Made by a program: the position numbers and the translations under genes
NCBI GenBank assembly: GCA_017620395.1
Contig: JAFZQJ010000022.1
Location: 72,977 to 136,976 of the forward strand
Direction: 5' to 3'
Length of the DNA: 64,000 bases
Source: Clostridia bacterium
GTDB lineage: Bacteria; Bacillota; Clostridia; Oscillospirales; RGIG8002
In this document: in pieces, positions 15,927 through 26,061 of the stretch
Layout: each line of letters opens with the position of its first letter
Position numbering within the stretch: position 1 is the first letter of the stretch
The notes under the pieces: generated by a model
What the model was told of the DNA's origin: nothing
Database searches by the model: none
What the model saw: the letters and a program-made list of their open reading frames with translations, nothing else

Positions 15927-18262
15927 TCGCTCACGTCCTTTTCAAGCGCGAGCGCGAGCACCTCGTCCATATGCGACACGGGGATGAACTCGGTCGCTTC
16001 CCTGACCGTTTTCGATATGTCCTCGAGGTCGGGCAGGTTATCTTTCGGGATTATAACGCGCTTTATGCCGTGGCGGTACGCCGCCATCGACTTCTCCTTC
16101 AGCCCGCCGATCTGCAGCACCCTGCCGCGCAGGGTTATCTCCCCCGTCATTGCGATGCCGCCGGCGACCTTGCGGCCGGAAAGCGCACTCGCGAGCGCAA
16201 GCGCGATTGTTATTCCGGCGGAGGGTCCGTCCTTCGGCACCGCGCCCTCGGGAGCGTGGATGTGTATATCCTTCGTCTTGTAGAAATCTTTATCTATGCC
16301 GAGCGCGTCGCAGCGGGAGCGGATGAAGTTGACCGCGGTGCGCGCGGATTCCTTCATAACGTCGCCGAGCTGACCGGTCAGTTCAAGCTTACCGCTTCCA
16401 TCGAGCGCGCTGACTTCGACGGGAAGCAGCACGCCGCCGACGGAGGTCCAAGCAAGGCCGTTGACTGTGCCGACCGCGCCTTCGGAGGCGAAATCGCTCT
16501 CGCGGAACTTGCGCACGCCGAGGTAGCGGCCGACGGCTTTTTCGTCAATCTTAATGCGCTTGCCGTTCTCAAGGTACTCCTTCGCGGCCTTGCGGCAGAC
16601 GGCTGCGAGCTCGCGCTCGACCTCGCGGACGCCGGCTTCGCGGGTGTAGAAGTCGATAATCTCGAGTATCGCGCCGTCGGTCACCGAGAAGACGGAACGG
16701 CTGAGGCCGTGGCGTTTCATCTGCTTCGGGAGCAGGTGTTTTTTCGCGATATTCAGCTTTTCCTCGCGGGTGTAGCTGTCGAGCTCGATGAGCTCCATTC
16801 GGTCGAGCAGCGGCGCGGGAATGCTGTCCGTCGTGTTCGCCGTGGTGATGAACATTACGTTGCTCAGGTCGAACGGCAGCTCTATATAGTGGTCGCGGTA
16901 GGCGTTGTTCTGCTCCGCGTCGAGCACCTCGAGCAGCGCGGCGGCGGGGTCTCCGCGGAAGTCGCTGCAGAGCTTGTCGACCTCGTCGAGAAGGATCAGC
17001 GCGTTGCTGCTTCCGGCGAGCTTGACGGCGTTCATGATGCGGCCGGGCATAGAACCTATGTAGGTCTTGCGGTGGCCGCGGATATCCGCGTCGTCGCGCA
17101 CGCCGCCGAGCGAAATGCGCGCGTATTTGCGGTTAAGCGTTTTGGCGATGGACTTCGCCAGCGAGGTCTTGCCTACGCCGGGAGGTCCGACAAGGCAGAT
17201 GGTCTGCCCTTTTATGTCCGGCGCGAGCTGCTTGACGGCGAGGAACTCAAGAATGCGCTCTTTGATCTTGTCGAGGCCCCAGTGGTCTTTGTCAAGCTGC
17301 TTCTTCGCGGCGGCGAGGTCGTTTTTCTCTTTAGTAAACTTATTCCACGGCAGGTCGATGACGGTGTCGAGGTAGGTGCGCACTACGGTGCCCTCATGCG
17401 AGCCGACCGGCATTTTGCGCAGGCGGTCGACTTCTTTCAGCAGGTGCTCCTCGTTCTCGGTCGAGAGCTTCAGCGCCTTGATCTTGTCCTCGTAGGCGTC
17501 GCACTCGTCGAGGTCTTCATCCTCGTCAAGCTCGGAGTTCAGCACGCGGATCTGCTCGCGTATGTAGTATTCGCGGTTGTTTTTGTCGATCTGCTCTTTG
17601 ACGCGGAAGTGTATGTCGTTCTCGAGCTCGAGGATGTCTATCTCCTTCTCGAATATCGCCACGACGCGCTTTATGCGCTTGACGGGATCGAGCTCGTCGA
17701 GTATGGTCTGACGGTCCTCATATTTGAAGTAGAGGTATTCGCCGAAAAAGTCGGCGAGCTCGCCGACGTCGGTCGTCGCGACGGCGTTCATATAAAGGTC
17801 GGGCGCCATGCGCGGCACGAGCTCAGAGTATTCCTCAAACAGCTCCATCGCGCTGCGGCGGAGCGCTTCGACGCGGACCGCGCTGCTCCTGACGGGCTTA
17901 GTTTCGCAAAGCGCGACGTCGGCGCGCAGGAACGGCTTACGCACGGTTATGCCGCACAGTTCGGCGCGCGAAAAGCCCGCGGCAACGGCGCGGATGCCGC
18001 CCTCGGGATTTTTCAGTATCTGCTTTATGCGCGCGATGCACCCGACGGCGTAGAGCTGCTTCTCGTTAGGCGCGTCGACGGTTATGTCGCGCTGCGCGAC
18101 GAGAAAGATATCGCAGTCGTGCTCCATCGCGTAGTTCAGCGCCGCGAGCGAAACGTCACGCGCGACGTCGAAGTGCATAACGGTTTTCGGGAACATTACC
18201 ATTCCGCGAAGCGCGATCATCGGTATATCGCGTATTATTCTCGGTTCGTTGTTTTCGTTCAT
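15923..18262 (-). CDS. lon: ATP-dependent Lon protease (endopeptidase La)
   Basis: Lon N-domain, AAA+ Walker A GPPGVGKTS, and a protease domain with PKDGPSAG (catalytic Ser). The likely start is MNENNEP at 18262, preceded by GGTGA. Confidence 0.9.
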   Translation of the reverse strand: MNENNEPRIIRDIPMIALRGMVMFPKTVMHFDVARDVSLAALNYAMEHDCDIFLVAQRDITVDAPNEKQLYAVGCIARIKQILKNPEGGIRAVAAGFSRAELCGITVRKPFLRADVALCETKPVRSSAVRVEALRRSAMELFEEYSELVPRMAPDLYMNAVATTDVGELADFFGEYLYFKYEDRQTILDELDPVKRIKRVVAIFEKEIDILELENDIHFRVKEQIDKNNREYYIREQIRVLNSELDEDEDLDECDAYEDKIKALKLSTENEEHLLKEVDRLRKMPVGSHEGTVVRTYLDTVIDLPWNKFTKEKNDLAAAKKQLDKDHWGLDKIKERILEFLAVKQLAPDIKGQTICLVGPPGVGKTSLAKSIAKTLNRKYARISLGGVRDDADIRGHRKTYIGSMPGRIMNAVKLAGSSNALILLDEVDKLCSDFRGDPAAALLEVLDAEQNNAYRDHYIELPFDLSNVMFITTANTTDSIPAPLLDRMELIELDSYTREEKLNIAKKHLLPKQMKRHGLSRSVFSVTDGAILEIIDFYTREAGVREVERELAAVCRKAAKEYLENGKRIKIDEKAVGRYLGVRKFRESDFASEGAVGTVNGLAWTSVGGVLLPVEVSALDGSGKLELTGQLGDVMKESARTAVNFIRSRCDALGIDKDFYKTKDIHIHAPEGAVPKDGPSAGITIALALASALSGRKVAGGIAMTGEITLRGRVLQIGGLKEKSMAAYRHGIKRVIIPKDNLPDLEDISKTVREATEFIPVSHMDEVLALALEKDVSE

Positions 18263-18323
18263 AGTTTCACCGTAAAAACAGGCGCGGGGCAAGTATCAGC
18301 TTGCCCCGCGTTATTTATTCCGC

Positions 18324-19634
<1,311 letters not shown>

Positions 19635-19660
19635 TTCGTCTCCGTTCCGCCGTTACCGGC

Positions 19661-20248
19661 TTATCTCTTGTCCATGACCTTGTCGATAAGGCCGTATTCG
19701 CGGGCCTGCTCGGCGGTCATAAAGTTGTCGCGTTCCGTGTCCGCGGTGATGGTTTCAAGCGGCTGGCCGGTCATTTCGGCGAGCATCTTGTTCATCTTTT
19801 CGCGGATGCGTATGATGTGGTCGGCGTGGATCTTGATGTCCGTCGCCTGCCCCTGCGCTCCGCCGAGAGGCTGATGGATCATTATCTCGGAGTTCGGAAG
19901 CGCGAACCTCTTGCCCTTCGCGCCGGCGGCGAGAAGGAACGCACCCATGCTCGCGGCCATGCCTACGCAGATGGTCGCGACGTCGGGCTTGATGTACTGC
20001 ATGGTGTCGTAGATAGCCATTCCGGAGCTGATGGAGCCGCCGGGGCTGTTGATGTAAAGGCTGATGTCCTTATCGGGATCCTGGCCCTCAAGATACAAAA
20101 GCTGCGCAACGACGAGACTCGCGGTAACGTCGTTGACTTCGTCGGAGAGGATGATTATTCTGTCGTTGAGCAGACGGGAGAATATATCGTAAGACCTTTC
20201 TCCGCGGTTGGTCTGCTCCACTACCATCGGTACCAAACTCATTCTCAT
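19661..20248 (-). CDS. clpP: ATP-dependent Clp protease proteolytic subunit ClpP
   Basis: Strongly conserved ClpP sequence ([10 protein letters not shown], catalytic [20 protein letters not shown]). Confidence 0.95.
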   Translation of the reverse strand: MRMSLVPMVVEQTNRGERSYDIFSRLLNDRIIILSDEVNDVTASLVVAQLLYLEGQDPDKDISLYINSPGGSISSGMAIYDTMQYIKPDVATICVGMAASMGAFLLAAGAKGKRFALPNSEIMIHQPLGGAQGQATDIKIHADHIIRIREKMNKMLAEMTGQPLETITADTERDNFMTAEQAREYGLIDKVMDKR

Positions 20249-20283
20249 TCTTCCTTTCTGTAACAGCGCGTCTGCGCGCCTGA

Positions 20284-21684
20284 TTATTCGCCCTTCTTGG
20301 CGGAGGACTTCTTCGCGGGAGCCTTTTCCGCGGCGGGCTTCTTCTCTGCCGCGGGCTTCTTCGCGGGAGATTTTTCCGCTTTAGCGGGCTTCTCTTCGGC
20401 TTTGTCCGCGCCGGCGACGGCGGCGGACTTCACGAAGTCGATTGCCTTTCTGACGACGATGTCCTTTTCAAGTCCGTCAGAGGGGATTATCGCCTTGATC
20501 CTGTCGACGGGCATCTTGTAGGAATCCGCGATGGACTTATACTCGGCTTCGAGCTCGTCCTCGGAGGCGGTCAGGCCCTCCTCCTTCGCGACGGTTTCGA
20601 GCGCGAGGCGGATGCGTACCTGCTGCTTCGCCTGCGGGGCGAAGTTCTCGCGGAGGGTTTCGAGCGAGGTGGCGGTGTACTTGATGTAGCTGTCGAGGTC
20701 GATGCCCTGCGTCTTGAGGCGGTCTTCGAAGTTCTCGACCATGTAGTCGACCTCGTTCTCGTACATTATTTCCGGAATATCGCCTATTATGTTGTCGGAA
20801 AGCTTATTCATGAGCTCTTCCTCGAAATCGGCCTCGGCGTGCTCGTTCTTGTGCTCCTTGATATGCTCCTTGATGTCGGCCTTCAGCTCCTCGAGCGTGT
20901 CAAACTCGCTGATGTCCTTGGCGAGCTCGTCGTCGAACGCGGGCAGCTCGGTGCGCTTTATGTCAAGCACCTTGCACTTGAAGACGGCTTCCTTGCCGGC
21001 GAGGGATTCCTCGTGATACTCCTTCGGGAAGGTCACGACGACGTCCTTTTCGCCGCCCTTCTCGACGCCGATGAGCTGCTCCTCGAAGCCCGGGATGAAG
21101 CTGCCGCTGCCGATGACGAGCGGATACTCCTCGCCCTTGCCGCCGGGGAACGCGACTCCGTCCACGAAGCCCTCGAAGTTGATGACCGCGGTGTCCTTGT
21201 TCTCGACAGGACCGTCGACGGCGACCTGTCTGCCGACCTTCTCGCGGCGGACTTCAAGCTCTTCCTCGACTTCTTTGGCGGTGACGGTGACCTTCTTTTT
21301 GGTCGCCTTCAGCCCCTTGTACGCCTTCAGCGAGATCTCCGGTTTGACGGTGACCTTCGCCTTGAAGGTGAAGCCGTCGTCGGTAACGTCGCCGACGATC
21401 TCGACGTCGGGCTGCGAAACCGGGGTTATGCCCGCTTCCTTGACGGCGGCGTCGTAGGAATACGGGAATATGAAATTAACGGCCTCTTCGTAGAATATCT
21501 CTTTGCCGTACTTCTTCTCGATCATGCCCTTCGGAGCCTTGCCCTGGCGGAAGCCGTCGACCTTGACTTCCTTGACGATTTTTTTGTAAGCGACGTCGGT
21601 CGCGTCCTTGAACTCATCGGGAGTTACGACGATCTCGAGCTCGACGACGTTCTTTTCGATTTCTTTCTTGTTTTTGAGTCCCAT
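20284..21684 (-). CDS. tig: Trigger factor
   Basis: Ribosome-binding motif GFRQGKAP and an FKBP-type PPIase core ([13 protein letters not shown]). It has a Lys/Ala-rich C-terminal tail and sits upstream of clpP-clpX. Confidence 0.9.
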   Translation of the reverse strand: MGLKNKKEIEKNVVELEIVVTPDEFKDATDVAYKKIVKEVKVDGFRQGKAPKGMIEKKYGKEIFYEEAVNFIFPYSYDAAVKEAGITPVSQPDVEIVGDVTDDGFTFKAKVTVKPEISLKAYKGLKATKKKVTVTAKEVEEELEVRREKVGRQVAVDGPVENKDTAVINFEGFVDGVAFPGGKGEEYPLVIGSGSFIPGFEEQLIGVEKGGEKDVVVTFPKEYHEESLAGKEAVFKCKVLDIKRTELPAFDDELAKDISEFDTLEELKADIKEHIKEHKNEHAEADFEEELMNKLSDNIIGDIPEIMYENEVDYMVENFEDRLKTQGIDLDSYIKYTATSLETLRENFAPQAKQQVRIRLALETVAKEEGLTASEDELEAEYKSIADSYKMPVDRIKAIIPSDGLEKDIVVRKAIDFVKSAAVAGADKAEEKPAKAEKSPAKKPAAEKKPAAEKAPAKKSSAKKGE

Positions 21685-21853
21685 GTTTTCCTCCGGATAT
21701 TATTATTTAATAATAGTTGACGTCCCGAAAGCGGTACGCAAACGCATACTCGCTCACTATAAAAACCATTATATTATATCAAAGAAGAAAAATATGTCAA
21801 TACCAAACCCCCATTTTTCACCTCTCTTTTTTGATTTGAAGCGCATTTTGCTC

Positions 21854-21881
21854 TTGCAAAACCGTGCAAAATCGTTATAAT
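21854..21881 (+). promoter_or_regulatory. Sigma-A type promoter for the aminoacyl-tRNA synthetase gene pair
   Basis: TTGCAA (21854-21859), a 16-nt spacer, then TATAAT (21876-21881), about 38 nt before the ATG at 21920. Confidence 0.55.
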
Positions 21882-21919
21882 ATTAACATATATGCACATC
21901 CACTCTCACGGAGGTAATT

Positions 21920-23914
21920 ATGGAAGACAGCATCAAACGGCCGCACTTCCCGAAGCGCGCCGTCATTACCGCGGGAATGCCCTACGGAAACAAGAGCCTG
22001 CATTTCGGCCACATCGGCGGAGTATTCGTGCCCGCCGACGCCTACGCACGCTTCCTGCGCGACAGAATAGGCAGGGATAACGTCATATTCGTTTCCGGCA
22101 CCGACTGCTACGGCTCCCCCATCGCCGAGGGCTACCGCAAGCTCTGCGAGGACGGAGAGTTCAGCGGCACGATAGAAGACTTCGTCGCCCGCAACCACGA
22201 GAACCAGAAGAAGACGCTGGAGGATTACGAGATATCGCTTAACCTTTTCGCCGCTTCCGGGCTAGGAGAAGCGAAGGAGTTCCACCGCGAGGTCTCCGAC
22301 CGCTTCATACGCAACCTCTATGAAAACGGCTGGCTGAAAAAGCTCGTCACGTCGCAGTTTTACGACGCGAAGCTCGGCGTTTTCCTCAACGGCAGACAGG
22401 TAGTCGGACGCTGCCCCGTTCAGGGCTGCGCCTCCGAAAAAGGCTACGCCGACGAGTGCGACCTCGGCCACCAGTATATGCCGGAGAACCTCATCGCGCC
22501 GAAGAGCACGCTGACCGGTGAAACGCCCGAGATGCGCGACGTCACGAACTGGTACTTCTCGCTGACCGACTTCCGCGAGCTGATGCGGAAGTACACCGAA
22601 GGGCTGAAGGACAAAGGCAACGTCCGCCGCATAGTTTCCGACACTATCAACGAATTCCTTATCCCTCCGGTCATATACGTCAAGAATGAAAACCTCCCCG
22701 ACTACGAGGCGCTGAAGGCCTCCCTGCCGGAGCACGTGATGCGCTCCGAAGAAGGCAAGACCTCCTTCGTGCTTGAATTCGACGAACTGACGGTGCGCGA
22801 CCGCGCCTGCGAGATACTGACCGAGAACGGAATACGCTTCCGCACCGGCAAAACGCTCGTTCCCTTCCGCCTGACCGGCAACATCGAATGGGGCGTTCCC
22901 GCGCCCTCGCTCGAAGGCGAAAGCGGGCTGACCGTCTGGGTATGGCCGGAATCCCTCTGGGCGCCGATCTCCTTCACGAAAACGTATCTGAAATCGAAGG
23001 GCGCGCCGGACGATGAATGGAAGAAATGGTGGCTCTCCAAGGACTGCGAGGTCTTCCAGTTCATCGGGCAGGACAACATCTACTTCTACGGCATCGCCGA
23101 AATGGCGATGTTCATGGCGCAGCAGGGCAAAGATAATCTCACCACCGAGCCCGCCGAGGGACAACTTACGCTCCCGACGCTCGTCGCCAACTATCACATA
23201 CTCTTCCTCGATAAAAAGGCCAGCAGCAGCGGCAAGGTGAAGCCGCCGATGGCCGCCGAGCTCCTCGACCACTACACCGCCGAACAGCTCCGCGCCCACT
23301 TCCTCGCGCTCGGGCTCGGACTGCGCAGCGTCAGCTTCCAGCCGAAGCCGTACAACCCGAAGGCGAACCCGACCGACAGCGATCCCGCGCTCAAGGAAGG
23401 CAATCTGCTGACCAACGTCCTCAACCGCCTCTGCCGCTCCTGCTTCTACACGACGCAGAAGTATTACGGCGGCGTTATGCCTTACGGCGAACCGGACGCG
23501 GACGTAGTTGAAGAAGCGAACGGCGTCATCCTCGAATACGAGGAGGCGATGTATAAGTGCGAGCTGCACACGGTCATGGCGATACTCGACAAGTACATCC
23601 GCGACTGCAACAAGTACTGGGCGAAGAACATGGGCGACGCCGACAGGAACGACGACGCCGAACTGCGCCGCAAGACGCTCGTCAACGCGTTCCACATGCT
23701 GCGCGTCTGCGCCGTGCTCGTCCACCCCGTCGCGCCCGACGGCACGGAGCTGCTCGTCAAGCTCCTCGGCTTCGGCGAGGATTTCTTCAGCTGGGATCAC
23801 GTCTTCGAGAACGTCTACTATTTCTGCGAGGATAAGGAAAACCACAAGCTCGCCGAGCTCGAGCCGCGCTTCGACTTCTTCGCGAAGCACCCGAGCCAGT
23901 TCGAGACGAAATAA
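21920..23914 (+). CDS. metG: Class I aminoacyl-tRNA ligase, methionyl-tRNA synthetase-like
   Basis: MPYGNKSLHFGHIGG (PYxN...HxGH, HIGH region), GTDCYGSPI, and a Cys-rich knuckle CPVQGCASEKGYADECDLGH. The position aligned to KMSKS reads KASSS (23216-23230), so the assignment is by overall pattern. Confidence 0.6.
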   Translation: MEDSIKRPHFPKRAVITAGMPYGNKSLHFGHIGGVFVPADAYARFLRDRIGRDNVIFVSGTDCYGSPIAEGYRKLCEDGEFSGTIEDFVARNHENQKKTLEDYEISLNLFAASGLGEAKEFHREVSDRFIRNLYENGWLKKLVTSQFYDAKLGVFLNGRQVVGRCPVQGCASEKGYADECDLGHQYMPENLIAPKSTLTGETPEMRDVTNWYFSLTDFRELMRKYTEGLKDKGNVRRIVSDTINEFLIPPVIYVKNENLPDYEALKASLPEHVMRSEEGKTSFVLEFDELTVRDRACEILTENGIRFRTGKTLVPFRLTGNIEWGVPAPSLEGESGLTVWVWPESLWAPISFTKTYLKSKGAPDDEWKKWWLSKDCEVFQFIGQDNIYFYGIAEMAMFMAQQGKDNLTTEPAEGQLTLPTLVANYHILFLDKKASSSGKVKPPMAAELLDHYTAEQLRAHFLALGLGLRSVSFQPKPYNPKANPTDSDPALKEGNLLTNVLNRLCRSCFYTTQKYYGGVMPYGEPDADVVEEANGVILEYEEAMYKCELHTVMAILDKYIRDCNKYWAKNMGDADRNDDAELRRKTLVNAFHMLRVCAVLVHPVAPDGTELLVKLLGFGEDFFSWDHVFENVYYFCEDKENHKLAELEPRFDFFAKHPSQFETK

Positions 23915-23928
23915 CGGAGGAAAACGCA

Positions 23929-25566
23929 ATGCAGGAAAACGAATGCAAAAAGCTCGCCGAAGAGCTTTTCCCCGATATCGATACCACGCCGGAGTATTAC
24001 GCCGGTTTCTATCCCGAACGCGGCCTTCCCGAAGGCGCGCAGGTAACGCGTATCGCGCCGAGCCCGACAGGCTTCATACACCTCGGCAACCTCTTCTCCG
24101 CGCTCGCGGACGAGCGTATCGCACGCCAGAGCAAGGGCGTGTTCTACCTCCGCATCGAGGATACCGACCTGAAACGCAAGGTCGAGGGCGCTGTCGAAGC
24201 CGTCATCACAACGCTCGGTTATTTCGGCATCACCTTCGACGAAGGCGCGGAGATGGACGGCGACAAGACCTACGGCCCGTTCTATCAGCGTCAGCGCGAG
24301 AAGGTCTATAAGGCGTTCGTCAAGCGGATGGTCGCGCAGGGGCTCGCCTATCCCTGCTTCTGCACCGCCGAAGACCTCGACGAGATCCGCGACCTGCAGC
24401 GCGAAAAGAAGCTCACTCCCGGCTACTACGGCGAATGGGCGCGCTGCCGCGAGCTCTCATACAAAGAGATCCGCGAAAAGCTCGACGCGGGGCTCCCCTA
24501 CGTCATCAGAATGAGATCCGCGGGCGACGGAACGCAGAAGTTCACCTTCCGCGACAGCATCAAGGGCGAGATCAGCGTCACCGCTAACAACCGCGACGAA
24601 GTCATACTCAAATCCGACGGCATCCCGACCTATCATTTCGCGCACGTCATCGACGACCACCTTATGCATACCACGCTCGTGCTGCGCGGCGAAGAATGGC
24701 TCTCCTCCCTGCCGATCCACCTCGAGCTTTTCCGTATGCTCGGCTTCAAGCCGCCGAAATACGGCCACCACGCGCAGCTGATGAAGCTCGACGGCGGCAC
24801 GAAGCGCAAGTTATCAAAGCGCAAGGATCCCGAGCTCGCGCTCGAATACTACCGCAAGCTCGGCTATCACCCGCTCGCCGTCAAGACGTATCTTATGACT
24901 CTGCTCAACTCAAACTTCGAGGAATGGATGCTGAAAAACCCCGACGCGCCGCTTGAAGACTTCAAGTTCTCCATCGGCAAGATGGGACAGTCCGGCGCGC
25001 TCTTCGATATCGCCAAGCTCGACGACGTCAGCAAGACGGTCATTTCCAAACTGACGGGCGAGGAGTTCTACTCCTTCCTGCTCGAATGGGCGAACAACTA
25101 CGACCCCGACTTCGCTAAGCTGCTCGCGGATAAAGCTTACGCGCTCGGCGTGCTCGATCTCTGCATGGGCGCGGGCAAGAAGCGCCGCAAGGACTTCATC
25201 TGCGCGAGCCAGGCGAAGGAGGTCGTCTCCTGCTACTTCGACGAGACCTTCAAGCCGGAGCGCGACTTCCCGCTCGATAAGGAGACCTGCAAAAATATAC
25301 TCACCGCGTTCCTCGCCTCTTACGACCATTCGGACGACGGACAGGCGTGGTTCACGAAGGTCAAGGAGATAGCCGCGTCGATGGGCTTCGCCACCGACAT
25401 GAGAGCGTATAAGGAGAACCCCGACGCCTTCCCCGGCAGCGTCAGCGACGTCGCGGAGGTGCTCCGCGTAGCCGTTACCGGCCACCGCAACACCCCCGAC
25501 CTCTGGAGCATAATGCAGCTGCTCGGCGAAGAAAGAGCCGTCGGGCGCGTCAAAGAGTGCCTCTGA
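23929..25566 (+). CDS. gltX: Glutamate--tRNA ligase
   Basis: RIAPSPTGFIHLGN (HIGH region), KLSKRK (KMSKS), and typical GluRS blocks (YLRIEDTD, GIPTYHFAHVIDDHLM). Confidence 0.9.
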   Translation: MQENECKKLAEELFPDIDTTPEYYAGFYPERGLPEGAQVTRIAPSPTGFIHLGNLFSALADERIARQSKGVFYLRIEDTDLKRKVEGAVEAVITTLGYFGITFDEGAEMDGDKTYGPFYQRQREKVYKAFVKRMVAQGLAYPCFCTAEDLDEIRDLQREKKLTPGYYGEWARCRELSYKEIREKLDAGLPYVIRMRSAGDGTQKFTFRDSIKGEISVTANNRDEVILKSDGIPTYHFAHVIDDHLMHTTLVLRGEEWLSSLPIHLELFRMLGFKPPKYGHHAQLMKLDGGTKRKLSKRKDPELALEYYRKLGYHPLAVKTYLMTLLNSNFEEWMLKNPDAPLEDFKFSIGKMGQSGALFDIAKLDDVSKTVISKLTGEEFYSFLLEWANNYDPDFAKLLADKAYALGVLDLCMGAGKKRRKDFICASQAKEVVSCYFDETFKPERDFPLDKETCKNILTAFLASYDHSDDGQAWFTKVKEIAASMGFATDMRAYKENPDAFPGSVSDVAEVLRVAVTGHRNTPDLWSIMQLLGEERAVGRVKECL

Positions 25567-25582
25567 ATAAACCGGTAAAGCG

Positions 25583-25613
25583 AGAAGACGCCCGCGCGGC
25601 GTCTTCTTTTTTT
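25583..25613 (+). terminator. Intrinsic terminator after gltX
   Basis: AGAAGACGCC (25583-25592) pairs with GGCGTCTTCT (25598-25607) and is followed by a T-run. Confidence 0.8.
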
Positions 25614-25698
25614 GGCAAAACCGGTTTTTTCGGGCAACATTCCGGAACATTTCCGCCGCTTCCCCGTATAATGTAATATCGAACGGAGGTCGACGGCT

Positions 25699-25842
25699 AT
25701 GGGCCCTAAAAACGTCATCGGGTATATCGCGCTCGGAATGGGGCTTTGCGTTATTTTTCTGACCTTGCTGCCCTCCGCGGTCACGGTGACAGTGATGGCG
25801 TGCCTGCTTTTTCTGTGCGGCCTGTTCTCGCTGTACTGCTGA
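25699..25842 (+). CDS. 47-aa hydrophobic micro-protein (hypothetical; not in the ORF track)
   Basis: GGAGG at 25685-25689, 9 nt before the ATG. Translation is MGPKNVIGYIALGMGLCVIFLTLLPSAVTVTVMACLLFLCGLFSLYC, which gives two predicted TM helices. There is no homology evidence. Confidence 0.35.
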   Translation: MGPKNVIGYIALGMGLCVIFLTLLPSAVTVTVMACLLFLCGLFSLYC

Positions 25843-25891
25843 CGGCGGAGAAAGAATTGCCGCGCGCGACGGCGGAACGGAGTTTCAGATT

Positions 25892-25972
25892 ATGAAGGTT
25901 GTAGTGGTGAAAAGCCCGCGTGTGCTGGCGGGACTGCTGAGAAAGCTTTTCGGCATCAAAAAGGAGACCTGA
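25892..25972 (+). CDS. spoVM: Stage V sporulation protein M-like 26-aa peptide (not in the ORF track)
   Basis: Translation is MKVVVVKSPRVLAGLLRKLFGIKKET. It has the same length and amphipathic pattern as B. subtilis SpoVM (MKFYTIKLPKFLGGIVRAMLGSFRKD, from memory). A terminator follows. Confidence 0.6.
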   Translation: MKVVVVKSPRVLAGLLRKLFGIKKET

Positions 25973-26006
25973 CGCGCCCGTTGACAAGCGCGAATACGGT
26001 ACGAAA

Positions 26007-26035
26007 AAAGCGGCTCATGCGAGCCGCTTTTTTCG
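26007..26035. repeat. Left copy of the 29-bp direct repeat; also a bidirectional terminator hairpin
   Basis: AAAGCGGCTCATGCGAGCCGCTTTTTTCG, with stem GCGGCTC/GAGCCGC and A-run and T-run flanks. It matches 27678-27706 at 28/29 positions. Confidence 0.85.
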
Positions 26036-26061
26036 ATTGTTTTGTCCTTGTTTCTTTTTTA

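Noticed and set aside
21685-21919. Possible T-box leader upstream of the two aminoacyl-tRNA synthetase genes.
   Set aside because: Only about 38 nt separate the candidate -10 element from the ATG. I saw no specifier hairpin or T-box sequence, and gltX follows after a 14-nt gap.
22262-23929. 555-aa minus-strand ORF, together with the Arg-rich ORFs at 23508..24311 and 24910..25650.
   Set aside because: These lie antisense or out of frame relative to the MetRS-like and gltX genes, which have HIGH/KMSKS-type motifs. No independent support exists.
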